DNA from: a virus
Taxonomy: Duplodnaviria > Caudoviricetes
Length of the DNA: 51,765 bases
Virus record (IMG/VR): IMGVR_UViG_3300010376_000043
Location: 1-51,765 of that record
Strand: one strand, 5' to 3'
Under the pieces are notes generated by a model that saw nothing but the letters and a program-made list of their open reading frames with translations, was not told the origin of the DNA and did no database searches. Below are positions 17,319 through 26,967 of the stretch, piece after piece; positions within the stretch are counted from its first letter, which is position 1, and every line of letters starts with the position of its first letter. A program made the position numbers and the translations under genes.

Positions 17319-19473
17319 GACCAATACCACTTGGTTTACTGTAGAGGCTATTATACATTATCGCGGCTTGGTCCTTCTGGTATCTTATCATGAGCTGATC
17401 ATCGGTCTCGTGTGGGTATTGATCTTGATATTGCTGCAGCACATTTGGCGGCATCTGATCCCATACGTTGTACTCAGTCGAACCACCAAACAACCCAAGT
17501 AATCCACCCCTTGGGCCTCTAACAGTAGAGGAAGCGAACTTGTGGATGTTCTCGAAGTCATCTGGCGACCTTGGAGCATGACCCCAAAGTGTATTGTATT
17601 CCTCAACCGCGCTCTTTACTGCACCGTAATATCTCTTCTTCTGGTCAGAGGTCATTGCTGACATCTCGTCGCTGTAGTGCTTCTCAAGATAATCGGCCAC
17701 CGCGCCGACACGTGGGTCAGCTTCGCGTTTAGTCAGCGCGCGCTCTTGGCGCTTCATTAGATCGACTATGAAGCGGGTAGGAATACCCTCTTCTGACAGC
17801 ATGTTATTCATAATGAAGTTGTTAGTATCAAAGTCCTCCATATGAAGCAACTCTTGATAGCGCGCTAGACCCTTCGCAGACCATTGGATGTTCTCGCCTT
17901 TAGCAACTCTAGACATTTTGTCCATGATCGCCTGCTTAACCGTCGGATCAGCGTCTTGCCAGGCCTGTGTCGCAGCAGTGCCACCATTGGCAAAAAGCTG
18001 ATCTAGCGTCATTGCCGGTTTCTGATCTGGGCTATTGAGCCCTAAGAGCGCATTGGTCAATGTCTGCCGTGATCGAAAGTCAGTTTCGCGGTCGGCCCGG
18101 ATCTTTAAATCGTCATTCTGTACAATATTGGCGGTGACGTATTGACCGATATATGGATTGTGATCGCCATACTGCTTCTCCGCCCAAGACGTAGCACGGT
18201 CGATCTTGGACTTTGTGGACTCTTCTTGGAACTTGGGCGCAGCAGCAACGTCATAATCTCTAGTCAGGCCGAAGTGGAACTGGTCCCACGAGATCTGCTT
18301 CTGTAATGGTACGTTAAGTTCATCAGCCGACTCGCGCATTGCCTGGTCGATAGCCTTTAGTTTAGAAGTATCTTTGTAATCTGGCCTACCGTCCTTGCCC
18401 CTGAGCACAACATCCATTGCCCGACCTGTGAGATGGTCGGAGTCCTCTGTCTTGCTTCTACCTGCCTCAACAAGTGCGTGCTGCTCGGCTGGGGTGCGGA
18501 CACCGCCGTGGTCGCCAATAGTGATCTCTATGCCTTGATCCATAAGCTTGCGCTGTGCACGCTTAAAGACCTCGAGCATTGGGGCGGAGACTCCATTAGT
18601 CCGATCAGCCTCCTGTCGAGTTGTGTAAGGTGCAAAGCCACGAGAGGTTGCTTGACCAATGTCATTTGCACCACGATGATTTTCGGCGTCTTGAATGATC
18701 TTCGTTACGCGATCGCGGTCATCTTCACCAAGGACTTGAGAGTCGTGATCTTGAAAGAACTTCCAAGCGCCCTTGTAATCACCAATACGTGCAAGGCCCT
18801 CTGCGCGAGCGACTACCAGTTTGCTGGTTGCGATGCCTAAGGCTCGATCCGACTGTTGTTGCCCCCAACCATTTACAGCAGCTTTTGTGGAAATGGCAGC
18901 AGGGAGGTTTTTGATCTCGTCGTCAAAGGCAGTCGAATTTGGCGCGTTGCGCACCCGATCCTCTGCAGCGCCGAGCGTTGCGTCAGCGTTGCCATCAACC
19001 CACTTCCTATGCTCAGCCGCAGCATGGTTGGCCGACTCGCGGATGAACGACCTTTGCATCGACGAGTATTCATCGTCGAACATCTTTTGACCGTAGATGC
19101 CATACTGCGCAACATCAGTGCGAGCAGACTGCCGCATCTGCTCCATTTTTGCGAGATGCTGGTTTAGAACATCTTGGTTGGCATTGGCACCCTGAGCAGA
19201 GAGATAATCCGCCATGACCGGCGCAAGGTCATTGGAAAGCTGAGTCGTTCGATCGCGAACCTTAGTCTCGATATCCAGTCTGCGGAGAGCAAGCGCGCGG
19301 CTAAAGACTTCATTCCCTGCTTTGTCAACCTCACCGCCAAAGGTTTGAGTCGCGCGCGCGACTGCTTCGCCAAAGGCAGCGGGTACGGCGCTGATCCCAG
19401 GCTCAGGGACAGGACGCTCAGTGGGCTGAGCGGTGAAGTACGGTTCGTATGGTGCGCCAGGTACGTCGGGCAT
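17311..19473 (-). CDS. Internal virion protein with an embedded M15-family peptidoglycan peptidase
   Basis: GVRTPAEQHAL...SKTEDSDHLTGRAMDV...WDQFHF (SxHxxGxAxD ... DxxH) inside a helical ejection protein. Confidence 0.82.
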   Translation of the reverse strand: MPDVPGAPYEPYFTAQPTERPVPEPGISAVPAAFGEAVARATQTFGGEVDKAGNEVFSRALALRRLDIETKVRDRTTQLSNDLAPVMADYLSAQGANANQDVLNQHLAKMEQMRQSARTDVAQYGIYGQKMFDDEYSSMQRSFIRESANHAAAEHRKWVDGNADATLGAAEDRVRNAPNSTAFDDEIKNLPAAISTKAAVNGWGQQQSDRALGIATSKLVVARAEGLARIGDYKGAWKFFQDHDSQVLGEDDRDRVTKIIQDAENHRGANDIGQATSRGFAPYTTRQEADRTNGVSAPMLEVFKRAQRKLMDQGIEITIGDHGGVRTPAEQHALVEAGRSKTEDSDHLTGRAMDVVLRGKDGRPDYKDTSKLKAIDQAMRESADELNVPLQKQISWDQFHFGLTRDYDVAAAPKFQEESTKSKIDRATSWAEKQYGDHNPYIGQYVTANIVQNDDLKIRADRETDFRSRQTLTNALLGLNSPDQKPAMTLDQLFANGGTAATQAWQDADPTVKQAIMDKMSRVAKGENIQWSAKGLARYQELLHMEDFDTNNFIMNNMLSEEGIPTRFIVDLMKRQERALTKREADPRVGAVADYLEKHYSDEMSAMTSDQKKRYYGAVKSAVEEYNTLWGHAPRSPDDFENIHKFASSTVRGPRGGLLGLFGGSTEYNVWDQMPPNVLQQYQDQYPHETDDQLMIRYQKDQAAIMYNSLYSKPSGIGHA

Positions 19474-20111
19474 TATGCGTTGTAATAGTTGGACTCACCG
19501 TAGATCGAGCTAGCGTATGCTGTTCGACCAGCAGGTGAGTCGGGGTTGATCCCAGCGGTAGTTGGTCCTTGCAATGACGAGACGTCATACCACTTTCCGG
19601 CGACCGAGCCAGCGCCGCTAACGATTGAGCCAATGGCGCTAATATCGCCAGCGTAAGCAGCTTGCTGTCCTGCAACAACATCCACCCCTGCTTGCGCGGT
19701 ATAGCCTGCGGCTTTGACCTCTTCGCCATAGGCAGCATGCGCTGCGTCAGCGCCGATGATCCGGCGATTTTCTAGAGCAAGCGCCTCTTGGCTTCCACGC
19801 ACATCCATGGGCGTACGCCCACCAATATTGCCTGCGGCAAAGTGAACAGCTTCTCTGCCAATCGCAGCGCGCGCGACCAGATCCGCTTGCTGCTGTTTGA
19901 TCGCGCCAGCCGAGATGTCCCACTGTGCCATCTTATCCGCAATCCCCGCCATTGCGCGCTGGACACCAGCTTGGTAGTTGTACATTGCCTTTTGAAACTG
20001 GCCACCATACCAGTCGCCATAGGCCTTTATGCCAGAACCGATGACAGTGGCACCTATCGACATTAACATCGCAGTGCCAGGGTCGGCTAAGAATGCGTGA
20101 AATTCGATCAT
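19473..20111 (-). CDS. Internal virion protein (T7 gp14-like position)
   Basis: Ala/Gly/Gln-rich, hydrophobic ends, conserved position before the larger ejection proteins. Confidence 0.7.
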   Translation of the reverse strand: MIEFHAFLADPGTAMLMSIGATVIGSGIKAYGDWYGGQFQKAMYNYQAGVQRAMAGIADKMAQWDISAGAIKQQQADLVARAAIGREAVHFAAGNIGGRTPMDVRGSQEALALENRRIIGADAAHAAYGEEVKAAGYTAQAGVDVVAGQQAAYAGDISAIGSIVSGAGSVAGKWYDVSSLQGPTTAGINPDSPAGRTAYASSIYGESNYYNA

Positions 20112-20533
20112 CCCTTCCTCCTAATCTCAAACCTGGAGAACCCATTCTCTGGCACGCCGATTTCTGCACCTAGCCACCTTAGCCACTTCCTTGCGGAGTG
20201 ATTTCCCATTGCGACATGACCAAAGATCATATCATATCTTTTTAATGCGTCTTCAATAACGAGCTGAGAATGCCGAACAAAAAGAAACTTGTGCTTTTCC
20301 ACAATCTCAGTCGTCAAAAGCCAGAGGTATGCACGATTAGAGAGGGCTGTAGGCGGAGCCAGACCATACACACAGGCCACCTTGTCATCGTGCATACCAA
20401 GCCAAAATTCATCGGAGTGTCGCAGGTGATATCTAAGAAGTGCTTCTGCCATCCCTTTATTGGCGATGTCGGAAGAACGAGAGATGATGTCTTTGACATC
20501 GCAATCACGGGACTGGATTATCGCCACGCTCAT
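20108..20533 (-). CDS. GNAT-fold/DUF2833-like protein (T7 gp13-like position)
   Basis: AYLWLLTT...NHSARKWLRWLGA; lies between the nozzle and ejection genes. Confidence 0.7.
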   Translation of the reverse strand: MSVAIIQSRDCDVKDIISRSSDIANKGMAEALLRYHLRHSDEFWLGMHDDKVACVYGLAPPTALSNRAYLWLLTTEIVEKHKFLFVRHSQLVIEDALKRYDMIFGHVAMGNHSARKWLRWLGAEIGVPENGFSRFEIRRKG

Positions 20534-23505
20534 CCTCTCCTCCCTCCTGGTTCAGGGGTGTCCCCAACTACCACTTCCGGCATGATCCCCAAGACCGTTG
20601 CTGGATAAGGAAGGTTTTGTTGAATACAAAGCTGGCCAACCTCTTGCCAGACCTGATCCAAAATCTGCCTGCCGTCGCCAGCAAAAAGGTCGGTGACCAA
20701 CGCCACACCATTGGATTGAGTGGGAATGGCATTCAGCTGGAAGTCTTTGAAGGTGACGAGGTTGGCGAAGCTGGTTCCGACTTGCAGACCAAGGGTGTCT
20801 GCAACCCGCATAGTGAGTGCCGGTATCTTTTTGCGTTTCGATTGCACCGTCGGCTCGCCGAGATCTAAGGCGAGGGTTTGGAGCTGTGGCGTGAACGGCA
20901 GGCCGAGGGTGATCTTCGAAGAGGATGGAAGGCCTGTCACTGCGCCGCCCGATACCGTAAAAGGGCCGACAGCCACTCCATCGGCCACGCCAACCACTTG
21001 ACGGCCGTTGAGCTGTGTCAGGCCAGAGACAGAAGTGACGTTGGTCCAGATGGCGTAGCCCTGTATAGGATTTGGTACACCAGTATAGGGATCGATATTT
21101 TCTGGGACGTTAACGACCGTCGCAGTGGCGGCTGTCGCAGTACCACCTGTGACGTTATAAACGCCCCCACCAACTCGGACCACTTGCCCAACCGCAAAGG
21201 CTCCGGACACATCATTTAGCGTGACTACATTACCAACGACGCTGGCATTGCCTGTGAAGGTCAGAAGCGTTGTTGGTTGAGAGGCAGGGACTGTCTGTAG
21301 CCCGCAGTCAACGCTCCATGAATCTTCTTTTCCGTAAAAGAAGAACCGGTCAGCGAACCGCTCGACGTATTGAACATAAGTCCCGCCAACCAGTCGCTGC
21401 ACAATGCAATAGACAGCATCGACCGTGTCTCCTTGGAACTGCTCGGTTACCGAGCAGATCGATAGAAACGTTCCGTCAGTGTCGTGGTGCGCCCAGCCAA
21501 TCAGCTCCTGCTCCTTGACATAGGTTAATGAGAGCAAGATCCCATCACTGCGCACGCCCCACACGACCTTGTAGGGCTCCTCTGCCCAGCACCAATCAAC
21601 AAGGAAAAATCCCAGGAATAGGTGATTTGACAGGGTAGTAATATCTGCGCCTGTGAAGATATTGGCATAGACATTATAGGTTAGATCGCGAACGTAGTTG
21701 CCTTTGTAAGTGTTGTAGAGAATGTTCTGATTGATTTTAATTGGGCGAAGGTCGTTAGAACCATTGAATGCCTGCTGACTGGCGACGATCGAGGTTGGGG
21801 TGACTGGGCTTTGGGACGCGAATAGTCCGCCACCATTGAGCAGCCATGCCGATTTGTTGGTCATCGTGACCAGTCCGGTCGGAACGTTGGTGAAGGAGCG
21901 GATAGCATTTAGATCATCGGCAATGATCTGCCCAGAGATTGCATCGTCGGCTTGAACAGGAAATGAGATATTGAAGTTAAAGAAAGCTCCCGGCTGTGAC
22001 ATGTTGAAGGATTGAACGTTGGTTTGCTGTGCGCCGAAGACTAAGCGTTCTTGGAAGAAGGTTGAGACGCCAGGATTGCCGCCATTAGCTGTACCTAGGA
22101 CGGAGGTTGCCGCAGCTGCACCGGCGGAGAAGGTAACGGATGGAGATGGAGCAGGCAGGTAGCCAGCGCCTTTCTGGATGGGAAGAACCTGTGTCACACC
22201 CCAAGTCAGATTCAAGTTAAAAGCACCGGAAAGGTTAAATTCCAAAAAGCCAGCTGCGTTGCTAGTGGCAGAGGCAGTTGATACAGGATTGCTTGGAGTT
22301 GAACCACTCGTGATGCTACCGGGACTAAGTATGCTTATCGAATTGACTCTATAGATGTCCTGCCCAAAGCTGGTGCCTTGGAAAGTCACTGAGGTCATTG
22401 TCAACACAACACCGGTGCTAGCAAAGCCGATCGTTGACCCTGTCGGATTTGGTGAGCCAGGCTTGAGGAACAGATCATCGTTGCCAGCGCCGTGGCCATT
22501 GATTGTCGCGACTGTGACACCGAGCGATGCTTGGGCAGTGGCTTGCGTTCCACCGGCTGGTGGTGCGCCGATTGTAACGCCAGGGACCGTCGTGTAAGTA
22601 CCAGCTGTCGTTACTGTATAGCCAATGACCGCCGAGCCTGCGAGAAATGGATTCTCGGCAACTGGCGGGGTTTGTGTAAAGTCAGGGGCGATGCTTGGTG
22701 TTGGATCAGTGAAAGAGGTCCCCGAAGTGTTACCAATGAATCCATAAATAGTACCAGAGGGTATAGCGGTGTTGAATGTTGACGTGGCCTTGTAGACGTT
22801 ATAGCTTGTCGCTCCTGTAACCGCTGTCCAAGAGATAAGGTTAGTCCCTGGAGCACTGGTATCGGACAGTGATTTGAAGCCAGTTAATAGAGTAGGTGAG
22901 GTCGGTATGCCTTCCTGTCCATTTGCATCGACCGCAGTTACTTCATAGGCGTAATTCCAGTTGTTAGCTGCTGCGACCAAGGTCGTTGATGATGTTAATC
23001 CAGTTGGCGTTCCAACTGTTACGCCAAAGTTAATCGCTACCAGCGTCCAATTAGTTGGCGAGACAACTGTCAGGATATACGCCGGATAACTGGGATGGGT
23101 TAGGATCATCGAGGTGACATCTTGAGTGTATTTCAGCCCAGGATTGCCAGTGATGGGATTGAAGAATAGGTCGGAGACAGCATACGGACTACCGATTTGA
23201 TAAGGATTGCCGCCGGACAGGATCGGTGCGCCATTGGAATAGAAGCGGACATAACCAGCGCCGAATTCAAGCACGTAGGACACGTTGGCCGAAGGTTGAA
23301 ATGGAATTAACCTTGCGCCATTGCTCCCAACTTGCTGAATGAACCTCGTCCCTTGACGAGTACTCGCACCACCCCCAGCCCAATCTACGAAGAAATTGCG
23401 CATCAGCGCGGTGCCGGTTCGGTATTTCTGAACGTCAACGCGCGAGCGTAGCCGCGGCGCCCACTCGCCAGAGGCAAAGGAAGTTTGGATAGTCGGCTGC
23501 GCCAT
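20530..23505 (-). CDS. Tail tubular protein B (nozzle) with inserted domains
   Basis: QTSFASGEWAP, RLIPFQ, YVLEFG.GYVRFY, FFQERL.F, DITTLSNHLF, GWAHHDTDG. Confidence 0.88.
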   Translation of the reverse strand: MAQPTIQTSFASGEWAPRLRSRVDVQKYRTGTALMRNFFVDWAGGGASTRQGTRFIQQVGSNGARLIPFQPSANVSYVLEFGAGYVRFYSNGAPILSGGNPYQIGSPYAVSDLFFNPITGNPGLKYTQDVTSMILTHPSYPAYILTVVSPTNWTLVAINFGVTVGTPTGLTSSTTLVAAANNWNYAYEVTAVDANGQEGIPTSPTLLTGFKSLSDTSAPGTNLISWTAVTGATSYNVYKATSTFNTAIPSGTIYGFIGNTSGTSFTDPTPSIAPDFTQTPPVAENPFLAGSAVIGYTVTTAGTYTTVPGVTIGAPPAGGTQATAQASLGVTVATINGHGAGNDDLFLKPGSPNPTGSTIGFASTGVVLTMTSVTFQGTSFGQDIYRVNSISILSPGSITSGSTPSNPVSTASATSNAAGFLEFNLSGAFNLNLTWGVTQVLPIQKGAGYLPAPSPSVTFSAGAAAATSVLGTANGGNPGVSTFFQERLVFGAQQTNVQSFNMSQPGAFFNFNISFPVQADDAISGQIIADDLNAIRSFTNVPTGLVTMTNKSAWLLNGGGLFASQSPVTPTSIVASQQAFNGSNDLRPIKINQNILYNTYKGNYVRDLTYNVYANIFTGADITTLSNHLFLGFFLVDWCWAEEPYKVVWGVRSDGILLSLTYVKEQELIGWAHHDTDGTFLSICSVTEQFQGDTVDAVYCIVQRLVGGTYVQYVERFADRFFFYGKEDSWSVDCGLQTVPASQPTTLLTFTGNASVVGNVVTLNDVSGAFAVGQVVRVGGGVYNVTGGTATAATATVVNVPENIDPYTGVPNPIQGYAIWTNVTSVSGLTQLNGRQVVGVADGVAVGPFTVSGGAVTGLPSSSKITLGLPFTPQLQTLALDLGEPTVQSKRKKIPALTMRVADTLGLQVGTSFANLVTFKDFQLNAIPTQSNGVALVTDLFAGDGRQILDQVWQEVGQLCIQQNLPYPATVLGIMPEVVVGDTPEPGGRRG

Positions 23506-23726
23506 TAAGCTCCAGGCCTCTGTCCATCAGGTGTGTAATAAGAACCGTTATACCAACCGTAGGCGCACCAGTCGTCATTCTGCACAAGCGGCCAAGCTGC
23601 GCCGGGATTTATCCCTGTTGGGTAATGCCGATGGCAGCGTAGGTTGCCGGAGGCATCTTGCTCAGAGAAGAAGCACTGTAAGCAGGTGCCAGGCTCGTGG
23701 GGCAGCGGGGCACGTGGATCTGTCAC
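23505..23726 (-). CDS. Small Cys-rich protein with a HiPIP-like CxxC...C...WC pattern
   Basis: CLQCFF...RCHRHYP...WPLVQNDDWC. Confidence 0.6.
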   Translation of the reverse strand: MTDPRAPLPHEPGTCLQCFFSEQDASGNLRCHRHYPTGINPGAAWPLVQNDDWCAYGWYNGSYYTPDGQRPGA

Positions 23727-24676
23727 GCAACCTCTCCAACGTATGGATAGACGACATCAACCTCATCGTCAGTATCGATCCCAAGCTCGCGCATCAGCCC
23801 AGGGGAGATGTCAGCGACGCGCCCCGTGCTAGTATGCGGCCCCCAGTCAGCAGGATGAGCAGTGAAAGCTCGACCGGTCTTGGTCGCTTTGACTAGCGCC
23901 ATCTCCGGTCCAGCCAAACGGGTCTTTGAGAACTGAGCATAGTCCCACCGAAGTGCGAGGTATCGCTTATCAGGGTTAAGGCGACGAGCAAGCCCTGTGG
24001 TACCAGCGGGTTGGGTTGTGAGGAAGATCTCTGGCTTGGTTTCGTACTTGTAGATGAACGCAAGTCCTTCACTTGGGGTAACACCTGTGTCATTTGGTCC
24101 TCCAAACCAGCTCACCTTACCAACAACACGGAGCCTGTCCGGCTCTTCCACTACCTCACCCGCTGCTGGCGCCACCGCTTCAGCGATGGCTTGGCAGATT
24201 GCGTCGAAGTGTTGAGTGTAGGCCTCGACATCGGCTCCGGCATCAACAAAGCAGATCTCAAGCAGGATCGCGGGCTTGTTGGTCCCGTTGAGGAAATAGA
24301 GGTCAGAGCGCTTCTTCGCGCCTCGATTGATCAATCCGCTGACCGAGCAGACTGCGTTAGTGACTTTGGTCGCTAGAGATTCCTGAGTGATATAGAGCGT
24401 CTCATTCCCGCGCCCGCCATCGGTTGGGACGTAGGCGTTGAAGTGGACAGAGATATCGAGATCGCGGGATTGGGAGTTGTGCCAGTTGACGATCGTGTTG
24501 AGGTTCTGGGATTGGGTTGTTGAGATGTCGTCGTTGAATGTGACGACCTCATTTCCATTAAGGCGTAGGTAGTCGGCAACCGCCGGCACCACCCTGCGCG
24601 CTTCATCAACCTCGTCAATCAGACCCTTTGCGCCACGGACGTACTTGCCGTGGCCACTACTGATCGCTATCTTCAT
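23723..24676 (-). CDS. Endolysin: N-acetylmuramoyl-L-alanine amidase (Amidase_3) plus C-terminal RlpA-like double-psi beta-barrel
   Basis: ISSGHG, SVHFNA, LLEICFVD; C-terminal GKVSWFGG...DWGPH..TGRVADISPG. Confidence 0.9.
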   Translation of the reverse strand: MKIAISSGHGKYVRGAKGLIDEVDEARRVVPAVADYLRLNGNEVVTFNDDISTTQSQNLNTIVNWHNSQSRDLDISVHFNAYVPTDGGRGNETLYITQESLATKVTNAVCSVSGLINRGAKKRSDLYFLNGTNKPAILLEICFVDAGADVEAYTQHFDAICQAIAEAVAPAAGEVVEEPDRLRVVGKVSWFGGPNDTGVTPSEGLAFIYKYETKPEIFLTTQPAGTTGLARRLNPDKRYLALRWDYAQFSKTRLAGPEMALVKATKTGRAFTAHPADWGPHTSTGRVADISPGLMRELGIDTDDEVDVVYPYVGEVA

Positions 24677-24935
24677 GGACTGGGCCCTTCAATGTTGGAG
24701 CGAAGAAGAGAGTCTTTTTGGAAGTGATGCATTGGTCGAGCAGCTTGTGGATCAGGGTGTCCTGTGCTTCATAGCGCTGGGTGGTGCGAATGTTAAGATA
24801 ATAAGCCCCAGCAAACGTCGCGCCGACAAAGATGACGTTCATCACGATCAAGGCAAGCGCAATCGGCTGGCTCTTAAGGCCTTCAACGACACCTGTCGCG
24901 ACCTTCGCGCCCTCTTCGATTGCGCCGGGATTCAT
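24657..24935 (-). CDS. Putative holin or lysis-associated membrane protein
   Basis: One strong transmembrane segment (PIALALIVMNVIFVGATFAGAYYL) directly upstream of the endolysin. Confidence 0.5.
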   Translation of the reverse strand: MNPGAIEEGAKVATGVVEGLKSQPIALALIVMNVIFVGATFAGAYYLNIRTTQRYEAQDTLIHKLLDQCITSKKTLFFAPTLKGPVHEDSDQ

Positions 24936-25306
24936 CTTGCCATCCTCAAAATCATCGCGTGACTACGTGGGTCATTAACAACCCCCAAGTGATTACTGCC
25001 GATCGCAGCTGCGGATATGACCGTAGGTCCAGCCATCGGTGGTACAGGATCCAGACCGATAAACGTACCATGGTTGGCGGAAGCCAACATAGCGCAACGT
25101 CCAGCGCCAATGCTGTGGCCGACATAGAGCGCGCCAGGAACGGATTGCTCAAACACAACGCGGACGCGATGCGCCGCCAACCAACTGGCGAGGTAATCAA
25201 CCGGCTGGTGGATCAACAGCCCGTAACAAAGTACCACAGGCCTTGCGCTAGTAGGGACTGTAGAAACTACCCCAATCGAAAGACATATTAGGAGTATACT
25301 CCCAAT
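24932..25306 (-). CDS. Small, possibly secreted alpha/beta-hydrolase-like protein (start uncertain)
   Basis: VGHSIGAG (GxSxG), IGLDP and NH motifs after a hydrophobic signal-like stretch; overlaps the end of the tail adaptor gene. Confidence 0.5.
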   Translation of the reverse strand: MGSILLICLSIGVVSTVPTSARPVVLCYGLLIHQPVDYLASWLAAHRVRVVFEQSVPGALYVGHSIGAGRCAMLASANHGTFIGLDPVPPMAGPTVISAAAIGSNHLGVVNDPRSHAMILRMAR

Positions 25307-26396
25307 TCGGCCCGCCAAAGTTCCCGCGCGCGCGCATCCAATCTGGCGTGACGTCGTTGACGGTGAGATTCTCGTTTCCATCTGCTATACGAGCCTCCGC
25401 AATGATATGATTAGCCGTGGAGAGAGCCTGGTTGGCGAGGGCTTTATCACCAGATAATTGAAAGACCAGACGTGCTGCCAACACAGCGATCCACGCGTCC
25501 TGGAAGAATTCATCCATGACGTTAGGGTCTGTGACGCGTGTATTGTAGCAAAGGATGGCGCTCTCTTGATTAGATAGGATGACCCTCTGCCCGCCCTGCG
25601 TACCAAAGGTAAGGTTAAAGGTGGCGCCCGTTCCAGCGCCGGAGGAGAATTGTTGGCCGACACCGGTGGGGTTTTGTGTTGAGAAATAGCTGCCTCCTAC
25701 TACTGTCCCGGTTGGCTCGTCGAAGATCTGGTTGACAACACTGACGGAGGTGATTGCGCCACCCCCGCCAGTGCCTGTAACCGTCAGCACGGCAGGTGCG
25801 CCAACGGGCATGGTGAAGGTGGTGAACGGCGGCCCGCCACTGGGGAACGAGCCTTGTTGGAAGCTGAAGCTTGGTTGCACGAGCGTTATCGTATCGTTGA
25901 CCACATAGCCAGTGCCACCGGAAGCAACAGCAGCAGCAGTAACAGGGAAGAATTGGTCACTTGCTACCTCGTACTTTAGCGCCGGACCCGACCATCCAAT
26001 CGGTGAAAAGCCAGTGACTGTCCCAAGTGGATAGATCGGCGTTCCACCAGCAAGAGAAGTGTACTGTGGAACGATGGATCGGGGCCTCACACAATCGCTC
26101 GGATACTGGTACTCGTACGACCATTGTGGAGGCGGCATGCCTGGGACCCAGAATGGTGAGGCTGCGGCAGAATTCTCCGGCGTCCCTGGTTGACTCGTAA
26201 TATACACTAGATTCGCATACTTTCGGGTACAGTTCCATGGTGCCATCCGATTGAGCTCGTCGCGCAGTTTGAACATGATCAGCTGAGCTTGGATCGCCTC
26301 GTTGGAAGTTTGGTTCGTGAACTCAGCTGAGGACATGTTTGTGCGCGAGCCAAAGAATTGGAGAGCGCGGTTAGCGATGTCGAGGTTAGCGGTCAT
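25248..26396 (-). CDS. Tail tubular protein A (adaptor) with an inserted beta domain
   Basis: LDIANRAL..FG, WNC, YEYQYPSDC.R, F.DA.IA.LAARL, ARIADGNE. Confidence 0.85.
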   Translation of the reverse strand: MTANLDIANRALQFFGSRTNMSSAEFTNQTSNEAIQAQLIMFKLRDELNRMAPWNCTRKYANLVYITSQPGTPENSAAASPFWVPGMPPPQWSYEYQYPSDCVRPRSIVPQYTSLAGGTPIYPLGTVTGFSPIGWSGPALKYEVASDQFFPVTAAAVASGGTGYVVNDTITLVQPSFSFQQGSFPSGGPPFTTFTMPVGAPAVLTVTGTGGGGAITSVSVVNQIFDEPTGTVVGGSYFSTQNPTGVGQQFSSGAGTGATFNLTFGTQGGQRVILSNQESAILCYNTRVTDPNVMDEFFQDAWIAVLAARLVFQLSGDKALANQALSTANHIIAEARIADGNENLTVNDVTPDWMRARGNFGGPNWEYTPNMSFDWGSFYSPY

Positions 26397-26559
26397 CTAG
26401 CGCCTCCAAACAAGACTGGTGGACGAAGTGCATGGGAGTGCCAAGCACGAGTTCGTACGCGATCTGTAACTTGCCGTTCACCCTTTGATAAACGAGCACC
26501 TCGCCGATAGGCACGCCCTCATCATCGTGAGTGCGATCTCCACATAGCGTACAGATCAT
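26386..26559 (-). CDS. Small CxxC...HxxC zinc-binding protein (57 aa, not in ORF track)
   Basis: MICTLCGDR...MHFVHQSCLEALDDR; ATGA overlap, GGAG RBS. Confidence 0.55.
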   Translation of the reverse strand: MICTLCGDRTHDDEGVPIGEVLVYQRVNGKLQIAYELVLGTPMHFVHQSCLEALDDR

Positions 26560-26828
26560 CTCCCCCTCCGATTGACCCCCATTCCTTTGTTACGCCCGCC
26601 GAGGCCGGGGCTACCAACTTCGCCGCAGTCCACGGAAGAGAGATTCTGCGTCCCTCGCTCAAATACATCGCCTCCAAGACCGGGGCCCCGGTTTCCGATG
26701 GAGGTTGGACCTGTGGGTGGTCGATAGTTGCGAACGTCCCTAGCGTCGGTGCAGCCGCCAGACTTGGCTCGGGCAGCTTGCTTCTTTTTTGCATCTGGTC
26801 CGTACTCCGATAAGATTGGTCTAGCCAT
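26556..26828 (-). CDS. Gly-rich basic small protein, paralog of 26967-27275
   Basis: Starts MARPILSEYGPDA; AAGGAG RBS. Confidence 0.8.
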   Translation of the reverse strand: MARPILSEYGPDAKKKQAARAKSGGCTDARDVRNYRPPTGPTSIGNRGPGLGGDVFERGTQNLSSVDCGEVGSPGLGGRNKGMGVNRRGR

Positions 26829-26967
26829 TTGAAAACTCCTTTATTCGGCGTTCGCTGTGTCGAATTCCAAACTCAACCAGCTTTACGCTGCCGATTAAGA
26901 TGCCGAAGTTCGCAATCCGAGTGACGAACCAATCGACGATCAACACGCGTAGAGGAACTCTATCCAT
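26821..26967 (-). CDS. Small hypothetical protein (48 aa, not in ORF track)
   Basis: MDRVPLRVLIVDWFVTRIANFGILIGSVKLVEFG...; TGATG overlap. Confidence 0.5.
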   Translation of the reverse strand: MDRVPLRVLIVDWFVTRIANFGILIGSVKLVEFGIRHSERRIKEFSNG

